Positions 25,012 to 39,667 of a stretch of 64,000 nt of DNA are shown here, piece after piece. The stretch comes from Octopus bimaculoides (lineage: Eukaryota), in the NCBI RefSeq assembly GCF_001194135.2, contig NC_069002.1, positions 1,184,865-1,248,864 of the forward strand, written 5' to 3'. The notes below the pieces were generated by a model. It ran no database searches, was not told the origin of the DNA, and was given only the letters and a program-made list of their open reading frames with translations. Position numbers and translations under genes: made by a program. How positions within the stretch are numbered: position 1 is the first letter of the stretch; each line of letters starts with the position of its first letter.

Positions 25012-26002
25012 TCTATATGAAAAGATAAAAATGAAAATAGAAATATGAAATCGCAAAGACAAATGCCAAATCATATTCGCGAAAGAACGCATAGAAAGAC
25101 TTATATAAGAAAATGTGACGAAGATGAAAGGCGAAAAGCGTTGCGATGATGATCATAGATAAAAATACGAGGGGGGGGGGGAGAATATAAAGAAGAATAT
25201 AGAAGGGGTGGTGGTGGGAGGAGGAAAGATACTCCAGCGTAAAGAGAGGAATTGATTTAGAGGTAGAGGAAAAGGAGAAAAATATAAGTTTAAGAAAAGA
25301 ATTAGAATGAGAAGGGGAGGAGTACGAGTATGAGGCGGAGGAGAAGAAGGAGAAGAAATGCCAGTGATGGTGATAATGACGTTGATGATATCGATAATTA
25401 TGATGGTGGTAGTGGTGGTGGTGGTGGGTTTTTTTGAGATGATGAAGATAATGATAAGAGGAAAGTGAAGGACGTTGACGATGATGGAGATGAAGAGAAG
25501 AAAAGTTAAAGAAGGTATGATGACGACGAGGAGGAGAAGAAAAAGAAGAAGACGAGGAGGAGGAGGAGGAGGAGGAGGAGGAGGAGGAGGAGGAGGAGAA
25601 GAAGAAGACGATGAAGAGGAGGAGGAGGAGGAGTGGTAAAAGAGAAATAAAAGTGAAAAGAAGCGCGGAAACGGGTGGAAACGATGCCAAAATTTGATGC
25701 TATTGTTGTTAGTTTTGTGGTTATTGTGAAAAAGCTCTTAAAAGTAAGGAAGAAAAAACAGAGAGAGAGAGAGGGGGGCAAATAGAGAGGGGGCAGATAG
25801 AGAGAGAAAGAAAAACACCGAGAGAGAGAGAGAGAGGAAGAGGGTGTGTGTATGTGTGAGAGAGAGAGAGGGAGAGGGGAAAATATACTTATTTAATTAT
25901 TTTATCTCAGAAACGATGGAAATAAGGACATGATAGGAAAATGGCTACAGAAATAGATTTAAAAGAAAAGGGAAAAATAAAGAGTTTACGAAAAGAAAAG
26001 GA

Positions 26003-26034
<32 letters not shown>

Positions 26035-26352
26035 GAAAGAAAGAAATGGTTAAAAATTAACAAAGAAATTTAAAAAGTGAAAAAAAAAAAATCTGTTACT
26101 GCCGAACACCGTACGGTCCCTTCCCAACAAAATCTTCAGCCAAGCAAAAAAGAAGTAATAAACAGTGTGTGTGTGTGTGTATGTGTGTGTGTGCGTGTGC
26201 GCGCGAACGTGTGTGTATAGAGAGAAGTATATAGGTGCTTTATTGTTGTTGTTTGTTTTTATTGTTATCTGAAAAGGTGTGGTGATTAGGATGAAGAAAG
26301 CCTGGAGGTAGTGGTTTTCGTGGCGTGAACATATGAGCACTTTGCAATTAAC

Positions 26353-26353
26353 C

Positions 26354-26407
<54 letters not shown>

Positions 26408-26445
26408 CCTGTCTACTATAGGCATAAGGCTTGAAATTTGGTGGA
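26353..26445 (-). mobile_element. SINE family A 3' end with (ATT)n tail
   Basis: CAAATTTCAAGCCTTATGCCTATAGTAGACAGG then (ATT)n on the minus strand. Confidence 0.65.
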
Positions 26446-27390
26446 ACGATAACGACGATGACGATGATGACGATGATGATGATGACGGCGACAGCAATAA
26501 GATGAACAACAATGAAAAACGTAGAATAAAAACAACAAACACACTTTGCACTCTACTACTACGACTGCTACTAGTACTAACACTACTACTACAAACAGCA
26601 TACTCATCATCATCATCATCATTGTCATAACAAAGGGGGTAAGCATCACTTAATATTAACGACGCATAACCGCCACCACACCATCACCCTGACTGTTATC
26701 CACACCATTTCCACTTTGTCATTGTTGCCCTACTAAGAGCACCACCACGTGGTCGATAGCCTTACAAGAAGTAGTACACAAACCTCCCTCAACTCAAACG
26801 CTAACCGTCTTATAAAAGAGGAAACTCAACAACAGCACCATCACCCACCTCGCTCCCACCTCCATCATCACTTTTCACCACTAACAACACTACCACCACC
26901 ACCACCACCACCGCCACAATCAGCACCGGTACCAGAACATCCACCGCCACCGCCACCATCGGCACAACCACCACGACCGACCACAACCACCAGCATTAAC
27001 AGCGCCACCAACAGCGTTAAAACTGCAGCCGCCATTATCACCATCTTCACCGTCAACACCACCACCACCACCACCACCACCACATCATTATCACCATCAT
27101 CAAGATCGTCTGCACCACCACCTCCACTATTAACACTGTCACCAGCACCCACACCCACCGAACCCACCTCAGCCATTCTGCGTTGGCAGGTGTATGAGGC
27201 ATGGTGAGGACTTCCCAGGAACTGTGTCCTCACCCCCCCCCCTTCAAACACGATTGCAGCAGAAGAGAGAGAGAGCGAGGGTTGTCGGGGGTTACCAGGT
27301 AACACTACTGCTGTTCTTTTGTCAGCCGTACTCTAGTGAGAGGTTAGTGAGTTCACCTAAATAACAAGGTTAATTATAGCAATCAAACAT

Positions 27391-27421
<31 letters not shown>

Positions 27422-28189
27422 CACAGACGGGGATAGACGCTTACACTCAAGTGCTCACCTGCTCGTACACATTGACGCATACACAGGTACATAAACACAG
27501 ACGCGCACCAGCCTTGACAGCCAAACGCCCATACACATTAGTAAATATGTACATACACACTTGTGTATATACATGTGTGTGTGTGTATGTATGTGTGTGT
27601 GTGCATATATTTATAAATATATATACATATATATATTTACATATGTATATATACATATATATATGCATATATATATATATTCATACATATATATTCATAC
27701 GTATATATACATATGTATATATACATATATATAATCTAACGCTATACACAGGTATGCAATGAGAGAGAAACAGAGAGACAAAAGGAGGGGGAATTAAATA
27801 AGTAGTCAGAGTATAGAAATAAGAGATTTGTTATATTTAATTTCAAGTTATCAAATCTTTTTCGGTTTGAAAATTAGTAGCATTCATTTCATCATTTTGT
27901 ATAACTACCAGGAAATTTCATAAAAATTAAATTCTAAGTGCTTGTAGGACATATTTCCTGTTTTTTACCCATTATGGCAAAATAATACTTTTAAATTTAC
28001 CCTCATGATAAATAACACTTCATAAAAATTCGTAATTGATCTGATTGGGACTCATACACTTCTTTCTTTCTTTCTTTCTTTTTTTTTTTGGTTATATAAT
28101 TCAGATGAATAAAACTACATCATAAAGGAACTGGCACTAACTATCACTGTGCTTGACAATTATTCTTCTTGGTTTTGTGTATTTAGTGC

Positions 28190-28400
28190 CAAGCCTGCCA
28201 AATATTATTCAAAGAATTTCTAATGTGGTATTTCTTTCGTTTGGCGTCTACACCGACGATATAGAAGATTCGCGAAGTTATTTTTCCCAGAGAATTCCCG
28301 ATAGTTCTTGTGCCTAGATAAGTCGACCTGTTTTTGAAAGATTTTTGTAATGTTTCCAGTATAGTATCTAAAGGTTTGACGTTCAACTCCACAGAATCCG
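28190..28400 (-). mobile_element. Possible Penelope GIY-YIG region remnant
   Basis: Frame-mixed FCGVERQTFRYY..KSFKNR..DLSRH resembles the recalled YIGxTExxFKxRYxNHxKSF..LSxH; weak. Confidence 0.3.
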
Positions 28401-28422
28401 AGACAGAGAGGTACAGAGAGAG

Positions 28423-28470
28423 GTGAGGAGGGGTAGAAGAGTGAGGAGGGGTAGAGGGGTGAGGAGGGGA
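28423..28470. repeat. 18-bp G-rich tandem repeat, about 2.7 units
   Basis: GTGAGGAGGGG starts at 28423, 28441 and 28459. Confidence 0.85.
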
Positions 28471-28900
28471 GGGAGAGAGAGGAGAAAGGGAGAGAAAGAG
28501 GAGAAAGAAAAACAAAGGATACCTATACAATAGACATAGCCCATACACTCACTCTCACACACACAACATATATAGAAATGCGTTGGTGTACCTCAAGAAG
28601 CTATGTCTTTATTTTATGGATATTAGGTAGGTAGATAGATAGATATAGATGGATAGAGATAGATAGATACATACCTGCATTGATTGATAGTTGCAAGGGA
28701 AGATATATACATACATGCGTGTACATACATGCATTGGTAGATAGATAGATAGATAGATAGATAGATATTGATAAATATTGATATTTGTCCTAATGTAAAA
28801 TTTTATATAAATAGAATTTAGCATTAAATTATAGGATCACTCGATGACTAAGTCGTTTTTATAAGAGAACATACTTATTAAATTCTACAAGCAAAAGATT

Positions 28901-29031
28901 GTGGCTGCGAAGTTTCGGCTTACTAGTCGTCGTCAGACCGTGGTTCACTTTGATGTCTATGTATAATGGTTTTGGCAGGGTGTTTCTTTTCTAGGGTTCA
29001 CCAATAGAAATGAAACTGAAAGAAGCCCGTC

Positions 29032-29033
<2 letters not shown>
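28901..29033 (+). mobile_element. SINE family B head, degenerate, running into (TA)n and an N-gap
   Basis: Ends GAAACTGAAAGAAGCCCGTCGTATATA, as in the copy at 55232. Confidence 0.65.
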
Positions 29034-29065
<32 letters not shown>

Positions 29066-29467
29066 NNNNNNNNNNNNNNNNNNNNNNNNNNNNNNNNNNN
29101 NNNNNNNNNNNNNNNNNNNNNNNNNNNNNNNNNNNNNNNNNNNNNNNNNNNNNNNNNNNNNNNNNNNNNNNNNNNNNNNNNNNNNNNNNNNNNNNNNNNA
29201 ACCATGTAAGCACATGTGCCAGATTCCTACGAAAATATTTCAGAAACTCTTCCATTCTTCCTCCAAAGACAAACCATGTAGAAAAACCACTATATCATCG
29301 ACATTGACATTACTACCACCATCACCACAACCACCACTGCAGCCACTATGGTGATCCTCCACTCCCTACCTTATGAATTACAAGCCGTCAGAGGTATATG
29401 GAAAAAATTTACCCAATTTCACAGAAAAAACACGTCACCTTCAGCCTTTCTCGCATTCTCACCATTT

Positions 29468-29523
<56 letters not shown>

Positions 29524-29722
29524 CCCTGTTTACTTTTTCTCATCTACATTTTTTACAAGTAGAAATTTTGTGCTTAAACGTAAATAATTTTTGTTTTCTG
29601 TTTGAATGTTTATATATTCAAATAAGTACAAACTTTATACATACATATTTACATACATACAAGCAGACATACCTAATACCTATATACATACATATGTCTA
29701 TGTGTGTTTACTGTCTTGTTCT

Positions 29723-29758
<36 letters not shown>

Positions 29759-29787
29759 ATATTTATATGTATATATATATGTATATG

Positions 29788-29846
<59 letters not shown>

Positions 29847-30484
29847 ACGTATATATATATACGTGTGTATATATATGTGTGTGTGTGTACATATATAAAC
29901 ATACGTGCATACATATATGTGTGTATGAATATATATATATACATACACACACACAAACACATATATATATATACATATGTGAAGTGAACGCCTGTCTCAC
30001 ATCATATACTTGTGTGTGCGCTCTTCATTTTTTTTTTCATTTAACTACTTCTGGTCGCAGTAAATAAACTGAATACACATACGTGTGCTGTGGTGTATGT
30101 TTATGTCTCCTGTTGTAATGTTTATACACGTCTCTGCGTTTGTGTGCCTGCTTGTGTATATATGTATATGTTGACAGTCGTTTTTTTTTTTGTCACATTC
30201 AATATGTAAGTGAAGTTAAAGAAAAAAATCGTTGTATGTAGAAAGAAAAAAATGAATGACAATAATAAAAGTAACAGGATAATAATAAGATAATGATAAC
30301 AATAATAAAAATTGCTACAAAATTTAACAATGAAATGAAAAAAATTGTTAGATTGAAACATGCAGAGGCGGAAAATAACAAACAAAAAAGAACAACAGCA
30401 ACTGAGGAGATTCGACACGCGCGCACGCATGTAAAAGCACGTACACACACAGTGTTTACAGACACCCACGCGCAACATATGCAC

Positions 30485-30522
<38 letters not shown>

Positions 30523-32097
30523 AACATATGCACGTATATATATATATATATATGGAACAAACCCAGAAAATGGAATTCACGAGAATCTTTATTCAAAACC
30601 ATTACAATTGTTTTCGGGACGAGATTTGTATATTATTCTTGGAGGTTTTGCCCGAATCTCACTTAACTATATACATACATTACATACATACATAGACGTG
30701 AATCTTCCTTAATACGATCTCAGCTTTATCGATCTCAATTGAAGTTGTTATTGGTCGTGTTCAGAATGTAGTCGGGTATAACCATGGGGTACAAAATATC
30801 TATTCCGGCTGATGCGCAGTAACCCTTCAACCACCCGTTTTAAATTTGTATGTGCTAAAGTATAGAATGAAACAATCGATTCGATTGTGCTTCATTATTT
30901 TACCGACACTTCATCAGTGGTTACTTTATTCAATTGACCCCACAAGTGTAAATGAATAATTTGACGTTACCGGATTTGAACCGAGAACGTAAATTGATCA
31001 TTAATCTCAGTTTTTCACTGGAAAATAATTTCATTGCTTCTATAACGATTGAATTTAAAATTAGGTTTGGTCAAAATATGAACTCGGAATATAAAGGGGC
31101 GTAAGGCAATATATATTTTTCGCAACAATATACCTTTTCAGCGACAACGATAATAAATTAGCAAGGAAAGCCAACGGCCTTGAATTCCGAATCCATGTGT
31201 TTAAGAATGAGTTTGAGGCAATCAAGTTAATCGCACCCTATTGACAGTTACTTTATTTAATGGACCCGATAACATTGAAAGACATATTTGACCATGGAGG
31301 GAATTTGATCGTGAAAGGATTATAAAGAAGAACAAAACAAAACGATGAATTTCTTTCTATTTTTTTTTCTCTTAATCGAAAGCGATTTTTTTACACTGGT
31401 CATAACTAACGCCTCGCATCGGCTTTTATTTCAAATCTACAGAGAGATTATTCCAGGAGGTTCTTAACAAGATTACCAGCAAATCCATGATACCATTCCT
31501 TTTTAAACAGTTCTCGTTTAAATTATTAAGAAAGCCATGTTTGTATTTTATCTTATCTTATTTTCTTTGTTATTATGTTATGTTTTTTTTATGTGCTGTA
31601 TTTTATTTGTTATCACATCATTAATCCGAACGAACCGTTTACAGCAATCCAATGATATTATTATAAAAACCTCCCTTAACGAAATGCGATAAATCTCTTG
31701 GTTTTTATGTAATTCAACTTTTAAAAAAAAGACCATCATAAAAACGAAAGAAAATACTGTAAATTACGGGTTTGTTTTTGTTGTTTTTATCGACAATGGC
31801 CAAGGAAAATTGAGTTCTTTTGTTGCGCATTTTAAAGAGAATGAAGGTTGAAGAGGACATACACACACACAATAATGATTATGATGATGATGATGATGAT
31901 GATGATAGCAACACCGCAAAAAAAAACGATAAAATCCATGCTACCGAGGATGCTGGTGTGGTGGCGGTGGTGACGGCGGTGGTGGTGGCGGTGCTAGTGA
32001 TGAACATGTTATGTGAAAGCTATTAAAGTAGGAGAATGGAGAGAAAAATAAAGAGAGAAAGCGAGGGAGAGACAAAGACAGGGAGAAAGACAAAGAG

Positions 32098-32153
<56 letters not shown>

Positions 32154-32747
32154 NNNNNNNNNNNNNNNNNNNNNNNNNNNNNNNNNNNNNNNNNNNNNNN
32201 NNNNNNNNNNNNNNNNNNNNNNNNNNNNNNNNNNNNNNNNNNNNNNNNNNNNNNNNNNNNNNNNNNNNNNNNNNNNNNNNNNNNNNNNNNNNNNNNNNNN
32301 NNNNNNNNNNNNNNNNNNNNNNNNNNNNNNNNNNNNNNNNNNNNNNNNNNNNNNNNNNNNNNNNNNNNNNNNNNNNNNNNNNNNNNNNNNNNNNNNNNNN
32401 NNNNNNNNNNNNNNNNNNNNNNNNNNNNNNNNNNNNNNNNNNNNNNNNNNNNNNNNNNNNNNNNNNNNNNNNNNNNNNNNNNNNNNNNNNNNNNNNNNNN
32501 NNNNNNNNNNNNNNNNNNNNNNNNNNNNNNNNNNNNNNNNNNNNNNNNNGAGAGAGAGGGGAGAGAGAGGAGAGAGAGAGAGAGAGAGAGGGGAGAGAGA
32601 GAGATAGAGAGGGGAGAGAGAGAGAGAGAGAGAGTCGTGTGGTTATGCGGATGAGAGAGAGAAAAGGAAAGAGTAATAAAAAGTGATTAGGGTTTTGCAT
32701 GAAAATGTATGCTTATGTACGACGTTGTATGGCAGGACAATAATTAT

Positions 32748-32880
32748 TTCAAATTTTTGCCAGAAGGGTATCTTGGGGGAGGTGGGGGATGAGTCGATTG
32801 CATCGACCCCAGTATTCGACTGGTACTTATTTTATCGACCTCGAAAAGATGAGAGGCAAAGTCGACCGCGGCGGAATTTT
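32748..32880 (-). mobile_element. SINE family A, 3' two-thirds
   Basis: GACTGGTACTTATTTTATCGACC..GGCAAAGTCGACC core. Confidence 0.8.
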
Positions 32881-33064
32881 TAATTCATGAATGACAGTAT
32901 AATGTGTGTGAGGCACTTCGTGTATAGATGTGTACGTGAGACAGGAGGTAAAAGAGAAAAAGACAAAAGCAAATATTATTACACACACACACATGTAAGG
33001 TGGAAGTACTCAATACAGGCGTAGAGTTAAAATTATTATTGTGAAGTAGTACTTATGCTAGGAT

Positions 33065-33790
33065 GCGACGCAGTACGATGTTGATTGGTGTAGTGCAGTG
33101 GCAGTAGAGGTGTAGTGTGGTGGAGGTGTGGAGGGTGGAGGTGTGGAGGTGTGGAGGTGTGGAGGGTGGAGGTGTGGAGGGTGGAGGTGTAGTGGGGTGG
33201 AAGGGTAGTGGGGTGCAGTTATAGTGGGGGGGGGGTGGCATAGTTGGTGGAGGTGTAGTGTGGTGGATGTGTAGAGGGGTGAAGGTGTAGTGGAATGGGG
33301 GCGTAGTGTAATGAAGGTGTAGAAAGGTGGAGGGGTAGTGTGGTGGAGGTATGGTATGTTAGACGTGTAGAATGGAGGAGGTGTAATGTGTGGGCGCTGC
33401 AGTATGGTGCTGTCAAGTGTAGCGTTGTGTGGTGTTGTGTGACGTATTGTATGGAGTGGTGTACTGAAGTGTAGTGCCATGTAAGTGTCATATATTGTGA
33501 TGTAGAGTGGTAAAGTGTTGTGTGGTGGTGTGTAGTGTATTGAAGATTTGAAGTGAGTTGGGGTGTAGTACAGTGAGCTGCATTTAGTGCAGCGAGGCGC
33601 GTGCAGGATGTAGTAGTGTAATGTAGTCTTGTTGCATAGTGCAGAATAGGGAGTAGTGTGTGTTGTATCATGATGTGGTTTGTCGTGTAATGTTTAGTGA
33701 TGTAGTATGGCGCAGTGTGGTGTTGTATTGTGCGGTAGTAGTGTAGCAGAGTGTGGTGAAAGTGTTGTGATGTGACGGGAAATGTAGGAC
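33065..33790. repeat. Degenerate pentamer-based array (GTGTA/GTGTG/GTGGA)
   Basis: Direct read. Confidence 0.8.
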
Positions 33791-34361
33791 ATTAAGAAGA
33801 AATCCCCTGAGAATGGAAGATGGTAAAAAATCAAAGTTGCAACAGGAATGAGATGAAGAATAAAAATGGTTATCACACGGTAAAAGTAACTTTGAAGTGA
33901 GAAAACAGGATTAGGATAAAGTGGGCAGAATGGGTGGGGGTGAAGAAGGGGAGAAAGAGTGGTGGCGAGGGAGATGGGGAGATAAGGGAGAGAGGGCGGG
34001 TGGAGGGTGGAGAGTAAAGTCTGTGATAGAGGCAGCGAAGGAGGAGGAAGGGAAGAGAGAAAGCGTGAAAGTAATAGAGAAAGGAAGAAAGAAAGAAAGA
34101 AAGAATATAGAGAGTGTGGGAAGGAAAGAAAGAAGAAACGAAATAAGCATGAGAGAGGGAGACGAAATAAGAAAGGAACAAAGGAAGGCAGAAAGATAGA
34201 TAGATAGATAGATAGAATGAGAGGTTGTGCAGTGAAATTGTTGAGAGACGGAATAAGGGAAAGTGAGAGGAGAGGAGGAGGAAACACTCCCAATGAGAAG
34301 AGAGAGAAGAAAAGAGAGAGAGAACGACAAAGGGAAGATTCTGTGTGCATGTAGACATGAG

Positions 34362-34481
<120 letters not shown>

Positions 34482-34552
34482 TGCGCACTGGGATAGTTAG
34501 AGACAAAAATGTAGTCATTGAGAAAGAGAGAGAATGAGACAGAGAAAGAAGA

Positions 34553-34900
34553 GAGATAGAGAGGCAAGAGGAGGAAGGGTAGAGAGGGAGAGAGAGAGAA
34601 GGAAAGAGAAGAGGTAGAAAGAAGAGAGATAGAGAGGCAAGAAGAGTAAGGAGAGAGAGGGAGAAGGAGAGAGAGAAGAGGTAAAAAGGAGATAGAGAGG
34701 CAAGCGGAGTAAGGAGAGATAGAGAGAAAGAAGGAGAGAGAGAGAGAAGAAGAGAGAGAAAGAAGGAGAGAGTGAAGAGAGCTAGAAAGAAGAGAGATAG
34801 AGAGGCCAGAGGAGTAAAGGTAGAGAGAGTGAAGGGGAGAGAAAATGAGAGCTAGAAAGGAAAGAGATAGAGAGGCAAGAAGAGTAAGGGGAGAGAGGGA
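34553..34900. repeat. Purine-rich minisatellite with five GAGATAGAGAGGC(A/C)AG anchors
   Basis: Anchors near 34553, 34626, 34689, 34794 and 34864. Confidence 0.8.
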
Positions 34901-36499
34901 GATGGTGATTGAGGGGAAGAGAGGTGATGAGTTAAATGAGTGAGTGATTGTAGTCGGGTATGAGTGCGTTGGAGGGTATGTGACTTTGGTAGGATTTCAA
35001 CGAGGAACATAAAGGATCGAAGGAAATACTGCTACGCATCTCGTTTGACTCTCGCAGCACGTCGCCCAACGGGTTCGAGATCGTCTAATGGGTTTTATTC
35101 CATTTTAGACGGTAGGTTGTGGTTTGAAGGAGAATTTGACTGCTACAGGTCTCAGTTTGCTGCGGAATAGAAGAGCACTCGATGTCTCGTTTGTACGATG
35201 TAAAGAGGTCGTTAGACGAAAACTGTTTCGTTCTTTGTCATCTTTGCAATAGCAACTGATATAGACATCAGCCATAGAAACCAAGACCAGGGTAGCCATG
35301 TGGTCACCTGATTTTGCTAGAAATACCAAACTATATATCTATATGCACTTATATACACACCTCCATTTCATGTATTCGTATATACAAAACAGCACAGTGG
35401 AAAACGAAATATTGCATGCGAATATAGTATACGTATAGTTACACACAGGAAAACACAGAAAAACACAATGAAATATACACAAGAAGACACATGTATACCC
35501 CCACCTACATATATATACATATATATAGATGGATAGATAGATAGATAAATAGATAGATAAATCAATCTATGTGTGTGTGTGTGTGAACCATCAACATATC
35601 TCTATATGTACGTATGTATATATGTATGTATGTATGTATGTTTGTGTGTGTAATATAGTATACATACATATGTATATCCATATAACTCCCGCTATATATG
35701 TATATATGTGCACACACACACACACACACACACATACATACATATATTTAGCTCGATTCGTTTGTGAGAGACTGTGTTGGTGTGTTTTGTGCTGTAGCGG
35801 CGAGTGTATGTCCGCCTAATAAAGGGGGATCTGGCCCCTTGACCCCAACAAAGACAATTGCTAAGAGCATTGGTCGACGTCAAAAGTGACCAGCGAAGTT
35901 TTTCTATATATCACGGTATTCTGGGACTCGGAATGTAATTACACATGATTTTATCACATCTGACAAAACTATTCGTCTGGTTGTAACTGTTCACAAGCTG
36001 TCCTTTTCCTTTTTATTTTTCTATATGTTACTGTATTGCTGCGTTTCAACGTTTTCCGTTTTTCCATATATATTTGTATTATATTCACATTATACTTAAC
36101 TATCTTTGTACCTACTAGTATGTATGTATGTATGTATGTATACACACATACACTAGCACACAGACGCTTATATNNNNNNNNNNTATATATATATGATGTC
36201 TGCGTGTATATCGTTATATAGATATTGATGTATGTATACAAAGTATACATTTGCATACATACCTACTATGCATGTACATTTAAACCTTCTAACCTGAACG
36301 CACACATACACACACACACACACTCACGCACATGCGCACACGCTCACACACATATTACAGGTCAGAGTGGCTCTCTATTTGTGGGCACCGTATATATGAC
36401 AGGTTAAATAAACAAGGGAGAACGAGATTCCTAAATAGAGAAAGATAATTTCAGCAATGCGATTGATATTTTGGCCTTCAATTTACATGCATGCATACA

Positions 36500-36567
<68 letters not shown>

Positions 36568-36592
36568 NNNNNNNNNNNNNNNNNNNNNNNNN

Positions 36593-36650
<58 letters not shown>

Positions 36651-36791
36651 TACACATTGATACATGCATGCCTATATATCACGATTAATGGAATTTACGA
36701 TAGATATCTTATGGAAAATGATGTCCACATACCTCACCTATTATGACCTCTTCTTGGTATTGGTTTACAATCTCTCATAATTTACGACAAA

Positions 36792-36833
36792 ATAGATAGA
36801 TAGATAGATATATAGATAATAGATAGATAGATA

Positions 36834-36926
<93 letters not shown>
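36792..36926. repeat. (GATA)n microsatellite
   Basis: Direct read. Confidence 0.95.
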
Positions 36927-37592
36927 ACAAAATGTATATAAATACATATAAATACACTGAAAAATTACTGCTTTCACTTTTGAACTTCATATAACGTTTT
37001 GAAATATCGTAGTACATCGATAGATTTTACTAAGCAATACGGTAAGATGAAACGAAATGATATAACATGACATACAAAACGATCTGATGGCGCTGGTAAG
37101 GTAGCAAGGGGGAGGTAATCATGTTGCTGCTAGTGCTGGTGCTAGAGTTTATCATGGAATCGGAGACCCGGTGTGGGTAGTGAAACGTTATATGTTTGCT
37201 GTTGGTGTTGTCGGTGGTAAAAGCGGTGGCGATGGCATGCTGGACGGTAGGTCTATGCAGCGCTGTAATATATGTTACGTCCTGTATTAAGTTGCTGACA
37301 TGCACAACTGCATAAGTAGAAACGTTTTGTTTCGCATGTCAACCATTTTATCATGTAGAAGGAGTTCCAATCATGTGCGAATACGCAAAATTATGTAGAA
37401 CATGCAGAATTTCAAGAGTATATACATCCACACACACACACACACACACTCACACACACACAGACACACACTTACACACACACACGCACACACACACACA
37501 CACTGCGTCAAACACACATATATAGGTATACGTATGTAAGTATATATATGTATGCATGTATACATACACACACACATATCCACAAACACACA

Positions 37593-37636
<44 letters not shown>

Positions 37637-37637
<1 letters not shown>

Positions 37638-37968
37638 TTTACTTTTTTCAGCGATTACATTGCGACCATGCTAGGGCACCGTCTCGAAGAATTTTTAGTA
37701 GAGTGAATCGATCCTATTACTTTTTTAAGCCTGGAATTTATTCTATCCATCTGTTTTTGCGGCACCGCTAGTTACATAACGTAAACTCACCAACACCGGT
37801 TGTCAAGCGTTGTTGGGGGAAATGGGCTTCTTTTAGTTTCCGTCTACCAAGTCCACCCAGAAGGCTTTGATCGGCCTAAGGCTATAGTAGAAGACACTTG
37901 GCCAAGGTGTCACGCAGTGAAACTGAACCTGAAACCATGTGGTTGGGAAGTAAGCTTCTTACCACGGG
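37637..37968 (-). mobile_element. SINE family B, near full length, internal microsatellite absent
   Basis: The 3' half (CCATGCTAGGGCACC..GGTTGTCAAGCG) joins the head (GGGCTTCTTTTAGTTTCCGTCTACC..GTGTCACGCAGTG) directly. Confidence 0.85.
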
Positions 37969-38135
37969 TTTCATTCATTAGCCCTCACCTGGTCTTGAAA
38001 CGTTAACACATTTTTTAGACTTTGTAACTTTACTTTTTGATTCCATTTAACTTGTAATCTGTACATCTAATATTCCTTTCATTCGTAGCACTCGTGGCAA
38101 ATAAATGGAAACATTATTGATACATTTATTATTAT

Positions 38136-38220
38136 GGCGACGAAATGTCAGAATAGTTAACACACGCCAGACAAAATGCTTAGTGGCATTTCGTCCGGCT
38201 TGACCATCTGAGCTTGATTT
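38136..38220 (+). mobile_element. SINE family A head, preceded by (ATT)n
   Basis: GGCGACGAAATGTCAGAATAGTTAACACACGCCAGACAAAATGCTTAG. Confidence 0.65.
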
Positions 38221-38463
38221 CCAGGGGTTACTGGAAATTTCCTGCCATTAAGGGTATCGCGAAAAGTTTGGTTCAATACCCAATGTTCCGAGTTCTTTTA
38301 CAGGGCCTAGAAAAATTGAAGGACCGCTGCAATAAGTATGTATCTGAGAGGGAAATATATTGCGTAAAATCATAATTAACTGATGTTCCTGCATACATAT
38401 ATATGGCTATATATAAACATGTATGCATATATGTATATATATACATACACACGCACATATATG

Positions 38464-38526
<63 letters not shown>

Positions 38527-39522
38527 GTATATATCTCCATATATATTTATATACATATATATATACGTATATATGTATATATATATATATATTCCATCTA
38601 CAGTCTCACATGCTCAAACACGCAAACATGTCTACACATTCACCTACAGAGGTACACGTCCCCACAAACACACACTGTACTATAACCACATCTACTGACA
38701 CACGCCTGGCATTCACATACATAATACACATAAAAACCGTCAGTGGAATAATAAAGATTAGAATCTTTATTATCTGTCATTTAACCCTTTCCCCCATTAC
38801 CAAACCCACCCCCACATGAACCAAAACCCATTCATTTACCTCCTCTGTTTATATTCTTACACAGATTACACCTCAATTTCTTCAATTACGCATCACCACC
38901 ACCATCAGCAGCAGAATCGCGACCTCAGCCACTACCATCATCGCTATAAATGCCGAAAAAGCACCGCCATCACCGTCATGATAAACACAATTACACCGCA
39001 AACACATATACACACATCTTACCAACGCTTTAAAATCCTCGTTCGTGTCTCGTTACGACCAACCAAGGAATCGTAATCCAAAATATCCGCCGGTTGCAAT
39101 GTTTCCGCTGTGTATTAAATACGACACACTTAAGTCTCGTTTACCTTAATTTAATCCCGTACCATCGCACTGACTTAGTGCTTCATTCAGTTAACTCTAT
39201 CGGCCAGTTATCTGCAGTCTATCTCTAACGAACTAACGAATGTTCTCAGATTGTCGGAAAGAACGGTATGGTGTACGTGCGTTGTGCGTTGGACGTGTGC
39301 ACAATGATTGAGTTGGCGTCGATTTTGGTGGTAGTGGTGGTGGTGGTGGGGTGTTATTGTTGAGGATGCTAATGTTGCTAATAGCAGTGGTAGTGTTGGT
39401 AGTGCTGATGGTGTTTGTATCAATGTTAGTCAATTTAAAAGTGGCCAGTAAAATGTACGAGGAATTTTCTTTTATTCACACACACACACATCTGTATACA
39501 TGTACATATGTATGTGTATATA

Positions 39523-39559
<37 letters not shown>

Positions 39560-39667
39560 ATATTTAAATAGTTATATAAATATGAAACGAAATAGATACA
39601 TATGTGTTTTTATATATTTGTGTGTTAGTGTGTGTGTCTGTGTGTGTGTGTGTGTGTGAGTGAGTGT

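Noticed and set aside
26749-27207. 152-aa Pro/Thr/His-rich ORF
   Set aside because: Built from cryptic (ACC/CAC)n repeats, like the blocks near 10.0, 37.1 and 50.9 kb; no domain and no acceptor
27326-27346. Possible 21-nt microexon (TTTTGTCAG ... GTGAGT)
   Set aside because: Short splice-like signals occur by chance in 64 kb; a competing donor lies only about 27 nt upstream; no recognisable peptide
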